From assembly GCA_038087875.1 (NCBI GenBank), contig CM075990.1:14076001-14140000 (forward strand): DNA of 64,000 nt. The letters are read 5' to 3'. Source of the DNA: Malacoraja senta. Taxonomy: Eukaryota. Positions 26,380-40,370 of this stretch are shown here, one piece after another. A program made the translations under genes and the position numbers. Positions within the stretch are counted from its first letter, which is position 1. Every line of letters begins with the position of its first letter. Below the pieces are notes generated by a model. It saw nothing but the letters and a program-made list of their open reading frames with translations, was not told the origin of the DNA and did not search any database.

Positions 26380-28009
26380 TTGGAAGCCTTACCCCACTAC
26401 TCAAACCTCACGCCAAAAACCTTGGCGTGATAATTGACTCAGCACTGAAATTTGACAAACAAGTCAATGCCGTGGTAAAAGCTAGCTTCTTTCAGCTTTG
26501 GACGATAGCTAAAATAAAACAATTCCTCCAGTTAGATGACCTCGAAAAGATCATCCACACATTCATCTCCTCCCGCCTAGATTACTGCAACTCCCTTTAC
26601 ACTGGCATCAGCCAATCTTCCCTGTCCCGCCTGCAACTGGTCCAAACCGCCGCAGCGAGACTCCTGACGGGCACCCGAAAAAGGGACCACATCACCCCGA
26701 TCCTGGCCTCTCTCCACTGGCTCCCTGTGCGGTTCCGTATAAACTTCAAGATCCTCCTCCATGTCTACAAAGATTAGATTAGATTAGATTAGATTCCTTT
26801 ATTTGTCATTCAGACCTTTCGGTCTGAACGAAATTTCGTTGCCTGCAGTCATACATATAATAATAAATAACAAAACACACAATAAACACAAATTAACATC
26901 CACCACCGTGAGTTCACCAGGCACCTCCTCACTGTGATGGAGGCAAAAGTCTCAAAGTCTCTGTCTCTTCCCTCTTTGTTCTCCCTCTGCGCTGAGGCGA
27001 TCCAGGCTTCTGATGTTGTGACCCCGCCGGGTGATGGTAAGTTCAGTCCCGCGGCTGAATCCGTGCTCCGCGACGGGCCGGTTCAAACTCCGCGGCCCGG
27101 GGTGGCCGAAGCTGCCGAAGCTGCCACCCTCCAGTCCAGCGGACGCAGCTGTAGTTGCGGGAGCTCCAGAAAAACAGGTCACCCACCTGTGACCTACGAG
27201 CTCCCGACGATGTCGTCCACTGGGCCAGCCGCGGCCGAGCCTCCGGATTCAGGTCGCCACCAGTGTCTTTGGTCGCCACCGCCGGAACGCCACCGCAGCC
27301 CCGAAGCCGGCCAGCCCCGCGTTGGTAAGTCCTGGCTCTGCCTCCGGAGCCTCGAGGTCGGTCGCAGTTGGAGGCCGTCAGCTCCGCCATTAGACCTCAG
27401 CACAGACGAAGGCAGAGTAGGGGGATACGACAAGAAAAAGTCGCATTCCCCCGAAGGAAGAGACAAAAATCATGTTTCACCCCCCCCCCCACACACATAC
27501 ACAACCCAATAAACTTAAATTTAACTAAAACAGGACAAAAGAAAACAATAAAAAAAGTAAAAACAGACGGACTGCAGGCGAGCCGCAGCTGTTCAACAGC
27601 GCCGCCACTTCCGGTGGGCTTGCCCCCACCTACATAAAAAGCCTTCTCACCCACCACTCCACCTCCAGGCCCCTCAGATCGGCCGACTTGGGGTTGCTGA
27701 ATATCCCACGGTCTAGGCATAAGCTCAGGGGCGACCGCGCCTTTGCGGTTGCAGCCCCTAGACTGTGGAACAGCATCCCCTTTCCCATCAGAACTGCCCC
27801 CTCCATCGACTCTTTTAAGTCAAGACTAAAGACTTATCTATACTCCCAAGCCTTTCCTGACGTCCTCTGAGTGAGGGCTACATGTATATATGTATGTAGT
27901 TTGTTTTGTTTGTGCTATTCTTATAACAAATGTAAAGCACTTTGGCCAACGAGAGTTTTTTTTAAATGTGCTATATAAATAAACGTGACTTGACTTGACT
28001 TGACTTGAC
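26380..28009 (+). mobile_element. L2 LINE 3' fragment, split by an insertion at 26773-27614
   Basis: HTFISSRLDYCNSL...RLQLVQTAAARLLTG...HITPILASLHWLPV..RINFKILL, resuming with GLAP...GDRAFAVAAPRLWNSIP...FKSRLKTYL. Tail TGTAAAGCACTTTG...AATAAA(GACTT)n. Confidence 0.92.
26773..27614 (-). mobile_element. GC-rich non-autonomous retroposon, apparently full length
   Basis: On the minus strand it starts CCGGAAGTGGCGGCGC and ends AATAAAGG(AATCT)n. It cleanly interrupts the L2 frame. No recognisable protein. Confidence 0.75.
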
Positions 28010-29962
28010 CTCTGCTTATGCTCCACAACCCTACAATACCGTTCTATTTTCAAGAGATGCTTAATTGCCTTTTAGTGAGGTTCAGTGGAATCTGCTCCAA
28101 CCTATTTTTCTGGCAGCAGGTACCAGATGTAACAACTCTCTGCTTAGGAATCTTTTTGCTTGTTTCCTCTTTGGTTCCTTGCACAATTATTTTAAGTCTG
28201 CGACATCTGGCGATCCACCCACTTTAAAAAGCTGAACAGTTCCATCCAAGATCTTTGTAATGTTGAACACCTTAAATTAGTCTCTCCCGACTTCCTCTGC
28301 TCAAAGGAGAGCGATCTTAGCGTGTCTACTGTTCCGCACTTGCAATGTGTTTCTGCATCTTTGACAAATAGTTCTGCTCTCTCGGCCCAGATCCGTTCTA
28401 AAGTATACTGGTCACATTCAGTCACAGTTCTCCAGAGCAGAGATTAGTATGGCATGGACCTTGCTTATGCATTCCATGCTTCTTTTAAAAATAAATTTAA
28501 ATATCCCACACTCTTTCCTCTCTGTCTTCTCGGGTTGCTTTGCTACCAAAGATTTGCTACAATCAACCTTGGTGGATAAACAACATTGTGTCCACGAGGA
28601 GGCTCCAAAGAGATATGGATGGGTAAGGTGAGTGGGCAAAAATCCAGCATCAGGAGGATGCAAGGAGATAGGGAGAGGTAAAGTGTGTGGGCAAAAATCA
28701 AACAACATTGAAATGTGGAAAAATATGATACCATCCAGTTTGACAGGGAAAAGAAAAGAAAGAAGCATTTTGTCTAAATGGTGAAAGATCACAAAGAAAA
28801 CTTGGTGTCATAGAGAAATATAGCATAAGGAAAGGTCAACAACGCTATGCCAACCATGGTGACGCTAATCCTTTACTTTGTTTTCTTCCCACATTTCCAT
28901 TAACTGCCCCCTTCCCACCCCCCCCACCCCCGCATCACTTGGCATGTTGGCACGTAATCGATGAGCTGAAGGGCCTACTTTCATGCTGCATCTCTAAACA
29001 CATTTTTTCTCTCAGGGCTGTGAATCTTTTGAACTCTTGCCCTCAAAGGGAAAGGTACAGTGGACGCAGAATCTTTGAATCTTTTAAAGACAGAGGGAGA
29101 TAGATTCCTGCTCAGCAAAGGGCTGAAATGTTCCTGGGGTAGACAAGCTTGTGGAGTTGAGGTTTCACACAATTTGGCCATGACGTAGGTTACTTAATGA
29201 TGCAGAAGACTTGAAGGGCCGAGTGGTTTATTCCACCTCTCCTCATTCTTGTTGGTATATTCGTACCTTTGTAAATATCTAATTTGAGAAATATTTCACG
29301 TTCTGCCAGATTGTACATGCGAGAGGCATTACCCCTACAGGCAAGAGATGCTCACTCATAAGCATTAGACACTATTCATCATCAATGGTTAATTCTGGGC
29401 TGAATACTCAAGATTATTTAACTCTCAGTAAACCCAATGTGTAGATTTGTGCTGCCAATCAACACAACGGCATGGTTGTAAGAGGTGATATACAGGTTTT
29501 TTCCCCCCTCTATAAATGCTCCCATCTGTGTTTAACATCCTGTACAGTGTGTACACAGTTTGTGATTGCATTAACCGCCATTTAGTGCTTTATAAATAAA
29601 CCCTTTGAAGAAATCTGTCCAAACACAGTGATATTTTCTGAAAAAAATTGATCATCACTTATTGTCCAAGACAAAAATAATATTTAATTTTGCTAACTAA
29701 TAGTAGAACACATATTTAGCGCCTTCATTCCAAATGAATGATTAATGGCTCTGGAAGATGGCCAAATGAAATGTAAATGTTGGTGAATATGGTCCAGACT
29801 GATAGAGTGGCAGTGTTTACATTGCAGCACCGCCTGTGTGTGTGAAATGAGGAGATCCACAAGAAGATTGATGCTTTGTGCTGGTACCGTCAAGACCTCT
29901 GCTCACCTGCGAAAACGACTCATTTCTCTGCAGCAGGGAAACATCCATTGGCAGGGGACATT

Positions 29963-30260
29963 TGGTCACAATAAAGGGGAGGCCATTTAAGACGGAGGTG
30001 AGAAAAAACGTTTTCACCCAGAGAGTTGTGAATTTGTGGAATTCCCTGCCACAGAGGGCAGTGGAGGCCAAATCACTGGATGGATTTAAGAGAGAGTTAG
30101 ATAGAGCTCTAGGGGCTAGTGGAATCAAGGGATATGGGGAGAAGGCAGGCACGGGTTATTGATTGGGGACGATCAGCCATGATCACAATGAATGGCGGTG
30201 CTGGCTCGAAGGGCCGAATGGCTGCCTCTTGCACCTATTTTCTATGTTTCTATGTTTCTA
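29963..30260 (+). mobile_element. CR1 LINE 3' fragment
   Basis: RKNVFTQRVVNLWNSLP...GYGEKAGTGY with a TTCTATGT tail. Confidence 0.9.
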
Positions 30261-31183
30261 ATTGTATTAGGAGTTGGATCTGCTGACAGTCTTGGAAAGC
30301 ACTGATCGGCTCCCAGGATGTTGAGAGCAATCACAGAGAACAGTGATGAAGAGTGGTCATTAAGGATATGTGCTTAAATTGTGAACTGATGATTCTGAGT
30401 CACTCGTTCAAATGCTGTTAAGCTCACTAAGGAGTTCAATACATCTCAGAAAATAAGTTGCTCGTGACTGGATTACCACAAAAACTCCTCTCAAACAAGC
30501 CACGAGCAAAGAACACAGCCTTGTCAAAAACTAAAATGGATTCACCAATACGAGGCACGCTTGTTGGGAAGTGGACATTGTATGTTCTCCCTGTGACCAC
30601 GTGGGTTTTCACCGAGATCTTCGGTTTCCTCCCACACTCCAAAGACGTAGAGGTTTGTAGGTTAATTGGCTTGGTGTGTGTGTAAATTGTCCCTAGTGTG
30701 TGTGTTAGTGTGCGGGGATCGCTGTTCGGGGCGGGCCCGGTGGGCCGAAAGGACCAGTTTCCACGCTGTAACTCTAAACAAAACTAAACTAAACGAATGG
30801 TGGCATTATTCACTCTGGGTAAAATCAATGCTGGAACACACTGCAGTGCAAAAACGAAGGCTGCGGTCTATTTACTCACTGTCGAGCCACCTCCCTGTGT
30901 AACAGCACAGCACCTTCGATGGGTTGCTTCATTACTTGGGTGAACCTGTGGTGAAGCGACAGTGAGGTAAGAATGCTTTAATCAGGTGAGTGTGTCTCTG
31001 CCATACAACGTGTTCAGTGGGATGATTATCAACCAGTACTTCAATGTTCTTGATGCATTATTCCTGTGGAGTTGGAATATCAAACCAAATTACTCCAACA
31101 ATTATCCAACTGAGTGGTGGTGATGGATGATATGATACAGGTCCACCACGGTTATATGTTTTATCGGACCAACAGAGGTCACA

Positions 31184-31340
31184 TAATAATAATTAATAAT
31201 AATAAAAATATTAATAATAATAATAATAATTAATATATAATTAATGATAATAGTGATAGTAATAGTAATAGTAATAGTAATAATAATAGTAATAGTAATA
31301 AAATCATAATAATAGTAATAATAGTAATAATATTAATAAT
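31184..31340. repeat. (AAT)n/(AATAGT)n microsatellite
   Basis: Directly visible. Confidence 0.95.
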
Positions 31341-31689
31341 GCTGATTGTTGTGTCTGATCGATATGTTGATTTATCCAGAGAACAAGGGAAATGATGGGA
31401 GATGCGAGAGCACAATCACAATCAGACCTAGATAGGGCTCTTAAAGATAGCAGTCAGGGGATATGGGGAGAAGGCAGGAACGGGGTACTGATTGTGGATG
31501 ATCAGCCATGATCACAGTGAATGGCGGTGTTGGCTCGAAGGGCCGAATGGCCTACTCCTGCACCCATTGTCTATTGTCACTGGCACATAATTTAAAGTGA
31601 AAGCGCGCTTTTTTGCGTTCATCGAGCTTTTCCTTCATTGAGGATTCAAGTCCATTTCCAGCAATTCAACTCCAACACAGGCTGGTATT

Positions 31690-31760
31690 CTGGCACAGCA
31701 CCAAGTGTCCACTGTATTGTCAGAAGTGCCATTATTTGGATTGAGATACTACGTTGAAGT
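31690..31760 (+). mobile_element. Possible ancient DeuSINE (SacSINE/AmnSINE-like) remnant; similar pieces at ~1730-1850 and ~22285-22345 (minus)
   Basis: CTGTATTGTCAGAAGTGCC...TTTGGATTGAGAT resembles the recalled Deu-domain consensus. Confidence 0.4.
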
Positions 31761-32307
31761 TGAATCTCTCATAACAGCAATAGGAATAGGTCATCTAAAC
31801 TAACACATCACCCCTTCTTTGTGGGATTCAGATGGCTTCCAGGCTGATACAGGTGGAAAGGACAAGATGGTCAATCATAATTAACACGAAGGGGATGTGG
31901 CAAAATACCTGTGCGATATACTGGTGGCAATAGACACAGTGCTCACCATCATCTGCAACAGTCTCCACACATGCACCAGCTGTTCCTGAGGGTCCTTATT
32001 ATTTGTTGATAGCTTTAGGAGACCCCAAAAGGATCATGGTATCTTAGTGATCCTGGTCGGGGTATTTAGGATTCCAAAGAGTTTGTTGGGATTTCCAGGG
32101 AGTTCCAGAGGAGTCAGCTAGTGATTACAAATGCTTCCCATGGGTGCGAGTCGGTGTTCACAGCTTGTCCTTGTAGTGCGTCCATATTGGCAGAGGACCC
32201 CTGGTAGTGTGGCAGTATTGCTAGGTGGTCCAGAGGAGTATGTCAGGGTTTTAGCCGGTCCTAACAGTGTATGGCCGTGTTTAGGATGTATCTACTGTCG
32301 TCAGTAT

Positions 32308-32443
32308 TAACTGTGATCTATCCAATTTATTGGGGGGTTCCAGGAGTATGGCAGCATCAGGAAAGGTCCCTCAAGTAACTGTGATCTATCCAATTTATTG
32401 GGGGGTTCCAGGAGTATGGCAGCATCAGGAAAGGTCCCTCAAG
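32308..32443. repeat. Perfect 68-bp tandem duplication within a degenerate minisatellite (~31990-32610)
   Basis: TAACTGTGATCTATCC...GGTCCCTCAAG at 32308-32375 and 32376-32443. Confidence 0.95.
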
Positions 32444-33449
32444 GGCATGTCAAGTTTTATAAGAGTGCCCCAGGATTGTAGCTTACATGGGTTCTCCTGG
32501 AGCGTGTCGCTATTTCCATGGGTCCCCAAAGTATGTTAGTTTTGCAGGAGTCTCTCAGGACTGTGCGGCTATTTATAGGGCTCCTGGTAAATGTGTTGAT
32601 ATTTATAGGAACAGAAAAAAATGCCAGCTCTGCGAGACATTGGTTGGTAAAGTCAAAAAATGTACAAAACTCCCAATGATTCATCCTCTGACAGGATCTT
32701 TTAACGGTGCATACTTCCTGTGGAAAATGAATCTGCAAAACAATCATTGCTGGGCTTAATTTAGTCAATTCTATTCCTTAATCATTTGTTTAATTGCTGA
32801 TCTTCTGCATGAGCAATAATGCTTAATGTTTGTGATAATACTCTGCAATAAAAACTGTTGCCAAATGATAATTCAATTCAGGGACAGTGTTCATTGAACC
32901 TTCCATTGTGTATCTGTTACACGTGTCTGCCAATGGGACTGCTTCACCACTTCATCCAATATCTCCCATCTTTGAAAACGAATGAAGCTGCAGGCATCGT
33001 AAATCTGAAATAAATAATGGAAAGTGTGAAAAGTACTCAGCAGGTGAGAGAAACAATTAATCTGTCAAATCAGAGGCCCTATGTTGGAACTTATCAATCT
33101 TTCACCTTCAGTGTCAGCTCTGGTCCTTTCTCCACAGATGCTGGCTGACCCGCTGAGCAACTTCAGCATTTTCTGTTTACCTTTCACACATTTTTTTAGT
33201 GGGGTTTAATCGTGACTCAAAGCACCTTTACGATGCCACTCAGTGCATTTCATTACAGGTTTCTTTACATGTTACAACAGTTGCCTGCATATTGTAAGGT
33301 GACAACTTGGTTCGTATTGCTGCCTTTCCACCAGCCCTCTCCTCTTCAGCAACCTGGATAACTCAAATACACTGAACTAAGTTATTGGTTGACATCAAAT
33401 CTTCCTCAGGACATCCCATACTGATTTGTAGGCAACCAATTGTTCTATA

Positions 33450-34049
33450 TTCCTGGGCGTGCACATCTCTGAAGATCTCTCCTGGTCCGAGAACACTGAT
33501 GCCATTATTAAGAAAGCACATCAGCGACTCTACTTCCTGAGAAGATTACGGAGAGTCGGTTTGTCAAGGAGGACTCTCTCTAACTTCTACAGGTGCACAG
33601 TAGAGAGCATGCTGACCGGTTGCATCGTGGCTTGGTTCGGCAACTTGAGCGCCCAGGAGCGGAAAAGACTACAAAAAGTAGTAAACACTGCCCAGTCCAT
33701 CATCGGCTCTGACCTCCCTACCATCGAGGGGATCTATATCTCCCTGCTACCTTCAGGTAGAAGGTACAGGAGCCTGAAGACTGCAACGACCAGGTTCAGG
33801 AATAGCTACTTCCCCACAGCCATCAGGCTATTAAACTCAACTGAATCAAATCTCTGAACATTAATAGACCATTATCTGTTTATTTGCACTTTTTTTATTG
33901 ATGTGTGTATATATTTACATAATGGTATATGGACTCACTGATATGATCTGTTCTGTATTCGTGCCTACTATATTCCGTTGTGCTGATGCAAAGCAAGAAT
34001 TTCATTGTCCTATCTGGGACATATGACAATAAACTCTCTTGACTTGACT
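33450..34049 (+). mobile_element. Rex1/Babar LINE 3' fragment with an internal deletion
   Basis: LGVHISEDLSW...KKAHQRLYFLRRL...FYRCTVES.LTGCI.AWFG...LLPSGRRYRSL...RFRNSYFP with a (CTTGA)n tail. Confidence 0.9.
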
Positions 34050-35440
34050 ATATTCAGGTATTGAAGAGATAGATAAATCTAACACTATGGAACAAACCCC
34101 AGGCTACTTGTCTACTAAAACTAGGCTACTTGTCTAGTAATTAATAATAATATTCCATTTTTTCACAGACGCCATTAAAAAATTGGCATGACCTATCTAT
34201 TAGTTTAGTTTAGAGGTAGAAAATAGAAACAGGCCCTTTGGCCCATCGAGTCTACCCCCACAATGGACCACCCATTCACACTAGTTCTACTACACCATTT
34301 TCTCATCCGCTCCTTACACACTAGGGTCAATTTTATAGAATCCAATTAATCTACAAACCCGCACGTCTTTGGGATGCTGGAGGAAACTGAAACTCCTGCA
34401 GGAAACACACACGGTCACCGGAAGAACGTGCAAACTCCACACAGATAGCACATGAGGTCAGGATTGAACCCGGGTCCCTGGTGCTATGAAGCAGCAACTC
34501 TACCGGTTGTGCCACTGTGCTGCCCACACTAGAGGAAAGCTTTAGGATAGTTAACTCCAACAACAGATAAAATAATACAGCTGCAAATGACGCAGCCTCT
34601 CTTGGCTTCTCCACCAATCAGTAAGATCCTGGCTGAACATCTTCCTTTATTTTCCAAACCAATCTCCATATCTCTTGGCATGGAAAAATCAGCTGATTGC
34701 TACCATCTGGGTATATTCAACGACTGAGCATCTACAGCCCTCTGAGATAGACGATTACAAAATACTACTCCTTTTAAGAATGAAAGATTCTCCTCAATGC
34801 TAAATTGAAGACAATTACTTTGAGGTCATGACTTGCTCTAGACTGGCCAAGGTTGTGGAAACGTTCTTCTATCAACCACACTATCAAGCCCCTTAAGAAT
34901 TTTATATGGCTCAATAAGATCTATCTAACTCGACTAAATTCCAGAAAAGAAGTGTCTTATATATTTGTATTCAATAAATTGAACATATCATTGGTAATCT
35001 TATGTAGAAAATGACTGCTGACTCTGCTTGTCACTACACCAGAAAGGTATTAAATGTGTGAGACGCTCTCCACGATGCTACTGATAAGGCGGTGTCTGAA
35101 TGCATTTAAGCAGTCTTATCAACAATTTTCTCAGCTTAAACAGTTTTGACAATTTTGTGCCTTATTCTCATCTTTAACACCTTTCTGAAGTTGGATGGTT
35201 TCACTGCTGCAACAGGTTTAAAGACACAGTTTGAGGAAACATTTTGAGGATTTGTTTCATGGGTACAATCTGGATAGAATATGGACAACTCCTCATCACA
35301 CCTAGAATGAATGCCTAAGATTGTGGGCGGGCAAAAATGAGTTATGCATCCCATTACAGGAAGGATGTGAAGACTTTGGAGAATGCAGAAGTGGTTTATC
35401 AGGAAGCCACCTGGATTAGAAGGTATTAGCCACAAGGAAT

Positions 35441-35695
35441 GTGTAGGAAGGATGCTGGTTTAGATCGGATAGACACAAAAAGCTGGAGTAACTCAGTGGG
35501 ACAGGTAGCATCTCTGGAGAGAAGGAATGGGTGACTTTCCGGGTCGAGACCCTTCTTCAGACTCCGGGCAGAATGGTCAAGATTCTTCTTCAGGTCTGAA
35601 GAAGGGTCTTGACCCGAAACGTCACCCATTCATTCTCTCCAGAGATGCTGCCTGGCCTGCTGAGTTATGTACTTCAGGTTTTTGTGTCTATCTTC
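35441..35695. mobile_element. Penelope-derived fold-back insertion inside a CR1 fragment
   Basis: Two inverted arms, each with the hammerhead-like core. Confidence 0.8.
35593..35626 (+). ncRNA. Minimal type I hammerhead ribozyme-like motif (best stem I among the copies checked)
   Basis: GGT-CTGAAGA-A-GGGTC-TT-GACCC-GAAA-CG-TC-ACC, with GGT/ACC forming stem I. Confidence 0.6.
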
Positions 35696-35905
35696 ATTAG
35701 CTGCAAGGAAATGTTGAACAAACTTGAATTGTTTCCTCAGGAATGCCGGAGGTTGAGAGAAGGCCCAATGGACGTATATAAAATTATGAGAAACATAGAT
35801 AGGCTAGACAGTCAGAAGGTTTTTCCCAGGCCCATGTCAAAGTCTAGAGGACATACTTTAATGGAGCAAACTTTAGAGGAGATGTGCAGGGCAAGTTCTC
35901 TTTAT

Positions 35906-36181
35906 TCACACATGCACACACGCAGGCACAAACACACTATACACTACACACACACTACACACACACACACTACACACACACACACACGCAGGCACACACA
36001 CACTATACACACATCACCCACACACACACACACTATACACACATCACCCACACACACACACACACTATACACACACACACACTATACACGCATCACCCAC
36101 ACACACACACACACACTATACACACATCACCCACACACACACACACTACACACACACACACACACACACACTACACACACA

Positions 36182-36231
<50 letters not shown>

Positions 36232-37602
36232 TACACACATCACCCACACACACACACTACACACACACACACTATACACACATCACCCACACACACACAC
36301 TACACACACACTACACACACACTACACTACACACACACACTATACACACATCACCCACACACACACACTACATACACACTACACACACACACACTACACA
36401 CACACACTACACACACACACACACTACACACACACACACACACACTACACACACACCACACACACCACACACACACACACACACACTACACACACATCAC
36501 ACACACACACACTACACACACATCACACACACACTACACACACCACACACACACACACACACACACTACACTACACACACACACACACACTACACACACA
36601 CCACACACACTACACACACATCACACACACACCACACACACACACACACACACTACATACACACTACACACACACACACTACACACACACACACTACACA
36701 CACACACACTACACACTACACACACACATACTACACACACCACACACTACACACACACTACACACACACACTACACACTACACACACACTACACACACAC
36801 TACACACTACACACACACTACATACACACTACACATACACACCATACACACACTACACACCACACACACACACACCACACACACACATACCACACACACA
36901 CATACCACACACACACTACACACACACCACACACACTAACACACTACACACTACACACACACACTACACACACACACTATACACACATAGTACACACACA
37001 CACAACACACACACACACACTACACACTACACACACACTACACACACACACACACTACACACACACTACACACACACCACACACACCACACACACTACAC
37101 ACTACACACACAAACTATACACCACACACACACACACACACACACACTAGACACACAGTACACACACACACACTACACACACTACACACACAACACACAC
37201 TACACACACACTACACACACACATACACCACACACACACACACACACACTACACACTACACACACACACACTACACACACACTACACACACACAACACAC
37301 ACACACACACTACACACTACACACACACATACTACACACACACTACACACACACTACACACACACACTACATACACACTGCACACACACACACACTACAC
37401 ACACACTGCACACTACACACACACTACACACACACTACACACTACACACACACATACTACACACACACTACACACACACACTACACACTACACACACACA
37501 CTACACTACACACACACACACTACACACACACCACACACACTACACACACACCACACACACTACATACACACCACACACATACTACACACACACTACACA
37601 CA
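35906..37602. repeat. 1.7-kb compound (CA)n/(CACTA) microsatellite within a CR1 fragment
   Basis: Directly visible, with CR1 sequence on both sides. Confidence 0.98.
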
Positions 37603-40370
37603 GAGGGTGGTGTGTACCTAGTAAATGCTGTCAGGGTTAGTGATGGAGGCAGATATGATAGTGGCATTTAAGAAACTTTTAAAAACGCACAAGGTTATGC
37701 AAAAATGGATGGAAAGGGATCATGTGCAGGTTGAGGAGATTAGGTGTTCCTGGCATCATGTTCAGCATGGACATTGTGGGATGATGTGGCTTTTCCTGTG
37801 TTGTACTTTTCTATTTTCTACGTTCTATGTTCAATGCATCGTGTGGATGAAGGAACATATCCAAATAATAATTAAAAATAATAACAAAGGAGAAGGCACT
37901 CTGCTGTGAGTGGTGACAATCTGGTGCTGAAGCAAATCTGAAACTGTTGCCATAGTCACATTTCATCTCCATTTGGTTATGCAAGGGAGGTTGGCTGCTA
38001 TGGTAACTGGAACACTTTGGGCAGGAGGAAGCAACACGCCCTCAATAAAGGACTTGGAACAAAGTGAAGTCCTTGCTGTTGTTACCAACTCAGATCATTC
38101 TACACTCTACTCAAGTCACTGCTGTTGTAAGATTGTTCACCGTTCAGAAATCAGTTTTGTTTATTTTTTGCTTAAGAAATTGCAAAATAGAAGCGGCGAT
38201 TGTAATGGTATCCAATACGGGCATGGCTGATTCTGTACTTCAACCAATCCCATTTCCCTTGATTTCTTTTATTTTCAATTATCTCTTTCAATGACTGAGC
38301 ATCTTCAATGCTGTGGGGTGAACAAATTAAAGAGCTTCATATCCACTGAGTAAAAGTAGTTCTGCTGCCTCACAGCACCAGAGATCCAGGTTCCATCTTG
38401 ACCTCGGGCGCTGTCTGTGTGGAGTTTGCATGTTCGGCTTGTGACCACATGGGTTTCCTCCAGAAGCGCTAGCTTCCTCCCACATCCCAAAGAAGTGCAA
38501 GTTTGTAAGTTAATTGGCCTCTGTATATTGGCTCTAGTATGTAGGGAGTGGATGTGAAAGTGGGATAACATAGAACTAGTGTGATCGGGTGATCGGAGGC
38601 CAGCACGGATTCGGTAGGCTTCCAAGCTGTATCTTTCAAATGGCATTCAAATATCCAAAGTCCCTTTAATGATAAGTTTCTCCTCACAATAACACGAGAT
38701 ACAGGAGAAAAGGTAATCCAATTGAGCCCTCGATAAGATCACAACCAATCTAATTTTAACAATGCCACTTTCCCACTCTCTCCATTCATCTTGACTCCTT
38801 GTAAGTCAAATGTTTGACAATACACCCTGAACACCATCAATGACTATGTCTTCACAGCTCTCTGGGGTCGAGAGATCCAAAGATTCATGACCTTCTAAGA
38901 AAAGAAATAATTCCTCATCTCCATCTGAAATAGGAAATGCCTTATTTTGGCCATATGCCCACTAGTCCTGGATATCCCAACTAGGGAAAAAAATCCTCTC
39001 AAAAAACTTTATCAACCATTATCTGAACCTTATATTTTCAGTAAGATCACCACTCATTCTTCTAAACTGAGATACCGTGAAAAGCTTTGTGTGTATGCTA
39101 GCCAATAAAATAATACCATACTTGGCTACAATCAAGTCATATACAAATAGGGCAAAGAAAAATGCCCGCATGCGGAAAAAGGTGTTACAGACTAATAGCA
39201 TTACAGGTACAGAGAAAGCGCAGTTTAAAAAAATGGCTGTTCTGCAATGAGGTAGGTTGGAAGATCAGAACTATACCCAGGTTATAGGAGGATCTTTAAG
39301 TAATCTGATAACAGCTGTTTCAGAATCTGTGGTGTATGTTTTCACGCTTTTGTGTCTTCTGCTTGCCGGAGAGGGGAGAAGAGAGAAAGACAGGGGTGAA
39401 AATGGTCCTCAATTGTGCTGGCTGCTTTCATCCTCCTCCTTGAAATGCAAGAAAGGTGCAAAGAGAAAGGAATTGATTGCAGGGCTTTATCAAGCACTGG
39501 GTCAAATGGCCTCCGTATCTGTTGTAATGTTTGTTTCTGGACTGCCAGATATGACATTGCTCAATTTTACTATATCAAAGGCAGAGATTGAAACATCCTT
39601 GAAGGGAGTTGTGACAGTCCCTCATTTATGTAGTTTGTCACAATCCATTTGAATTTCATAGAAAGCAAAGACTACCAATTTTCTTTAGATTGCCTTGGTT
39701 TCTCTGGTGTTACAGAACAATTTCCCATCACATCTGTGACATTATATGACTTCATTTTAGCTTAATTGCCTGCCAGTTACAAATAGCACTGAATTATTTT
39801 CGACAAACTGGGGCAGTGTGTTACTGAATCGATTGAAAGTTGCCCTTTAGCAAATATATAAATCTCACATCTATAGAACAGAAATCAAAAATACTCATAA
39901 GGTTTTGCATGGATGTAAAAGTTCCAAAGAATTTGTTACTGCAGATCTGGCACTGAAAGAGCTAGCTGTGGGAAACCCAGATCAAATGGTTTGTTCTTGG
40001 TTCCAGATACGTTAAATCACAAAACAAGACAGATACCTGCACATTGAAAAAAGCAAGAATACTTTGCATTGCTTCAACATTTTTAACATCACAGAAGGTA
40101 CTCCACAGACATATTCTCAGACAACGCCTAACTATAAGATGTGATTGGACTATTTCAGGAGAACCAGCAGATGTAGAGTATTTAGATTTTCAGAAGGCTT
40201 TTGATAAGGTCCCATGCGAGGGTTTGGACACAGGTAGATGGGTGGAAATTGGTGAAATTAACAATCATAGATATAGAACTGATTAACACCTGGAAAGCAA
40301 GATGGTGAATAATTAAATATTTTTCATGTTGGCAGGCTAGTTCACGAATCACAAATAGGGTATCATACTG

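Noticed and set aside
26934..27512. 192-aa GC-rich ORF (also ORFs at 50172-50632)
   Set aside because: Stop-poor CpG-rich body of a non-autonomous retroposon, with no domain motifs.
35609..37150. 513-aa and 351-aa ORFs, the longest in the window
   Set aside because: Read-through of PLE and CR1 remnants into the (CA)n array; not a gene.
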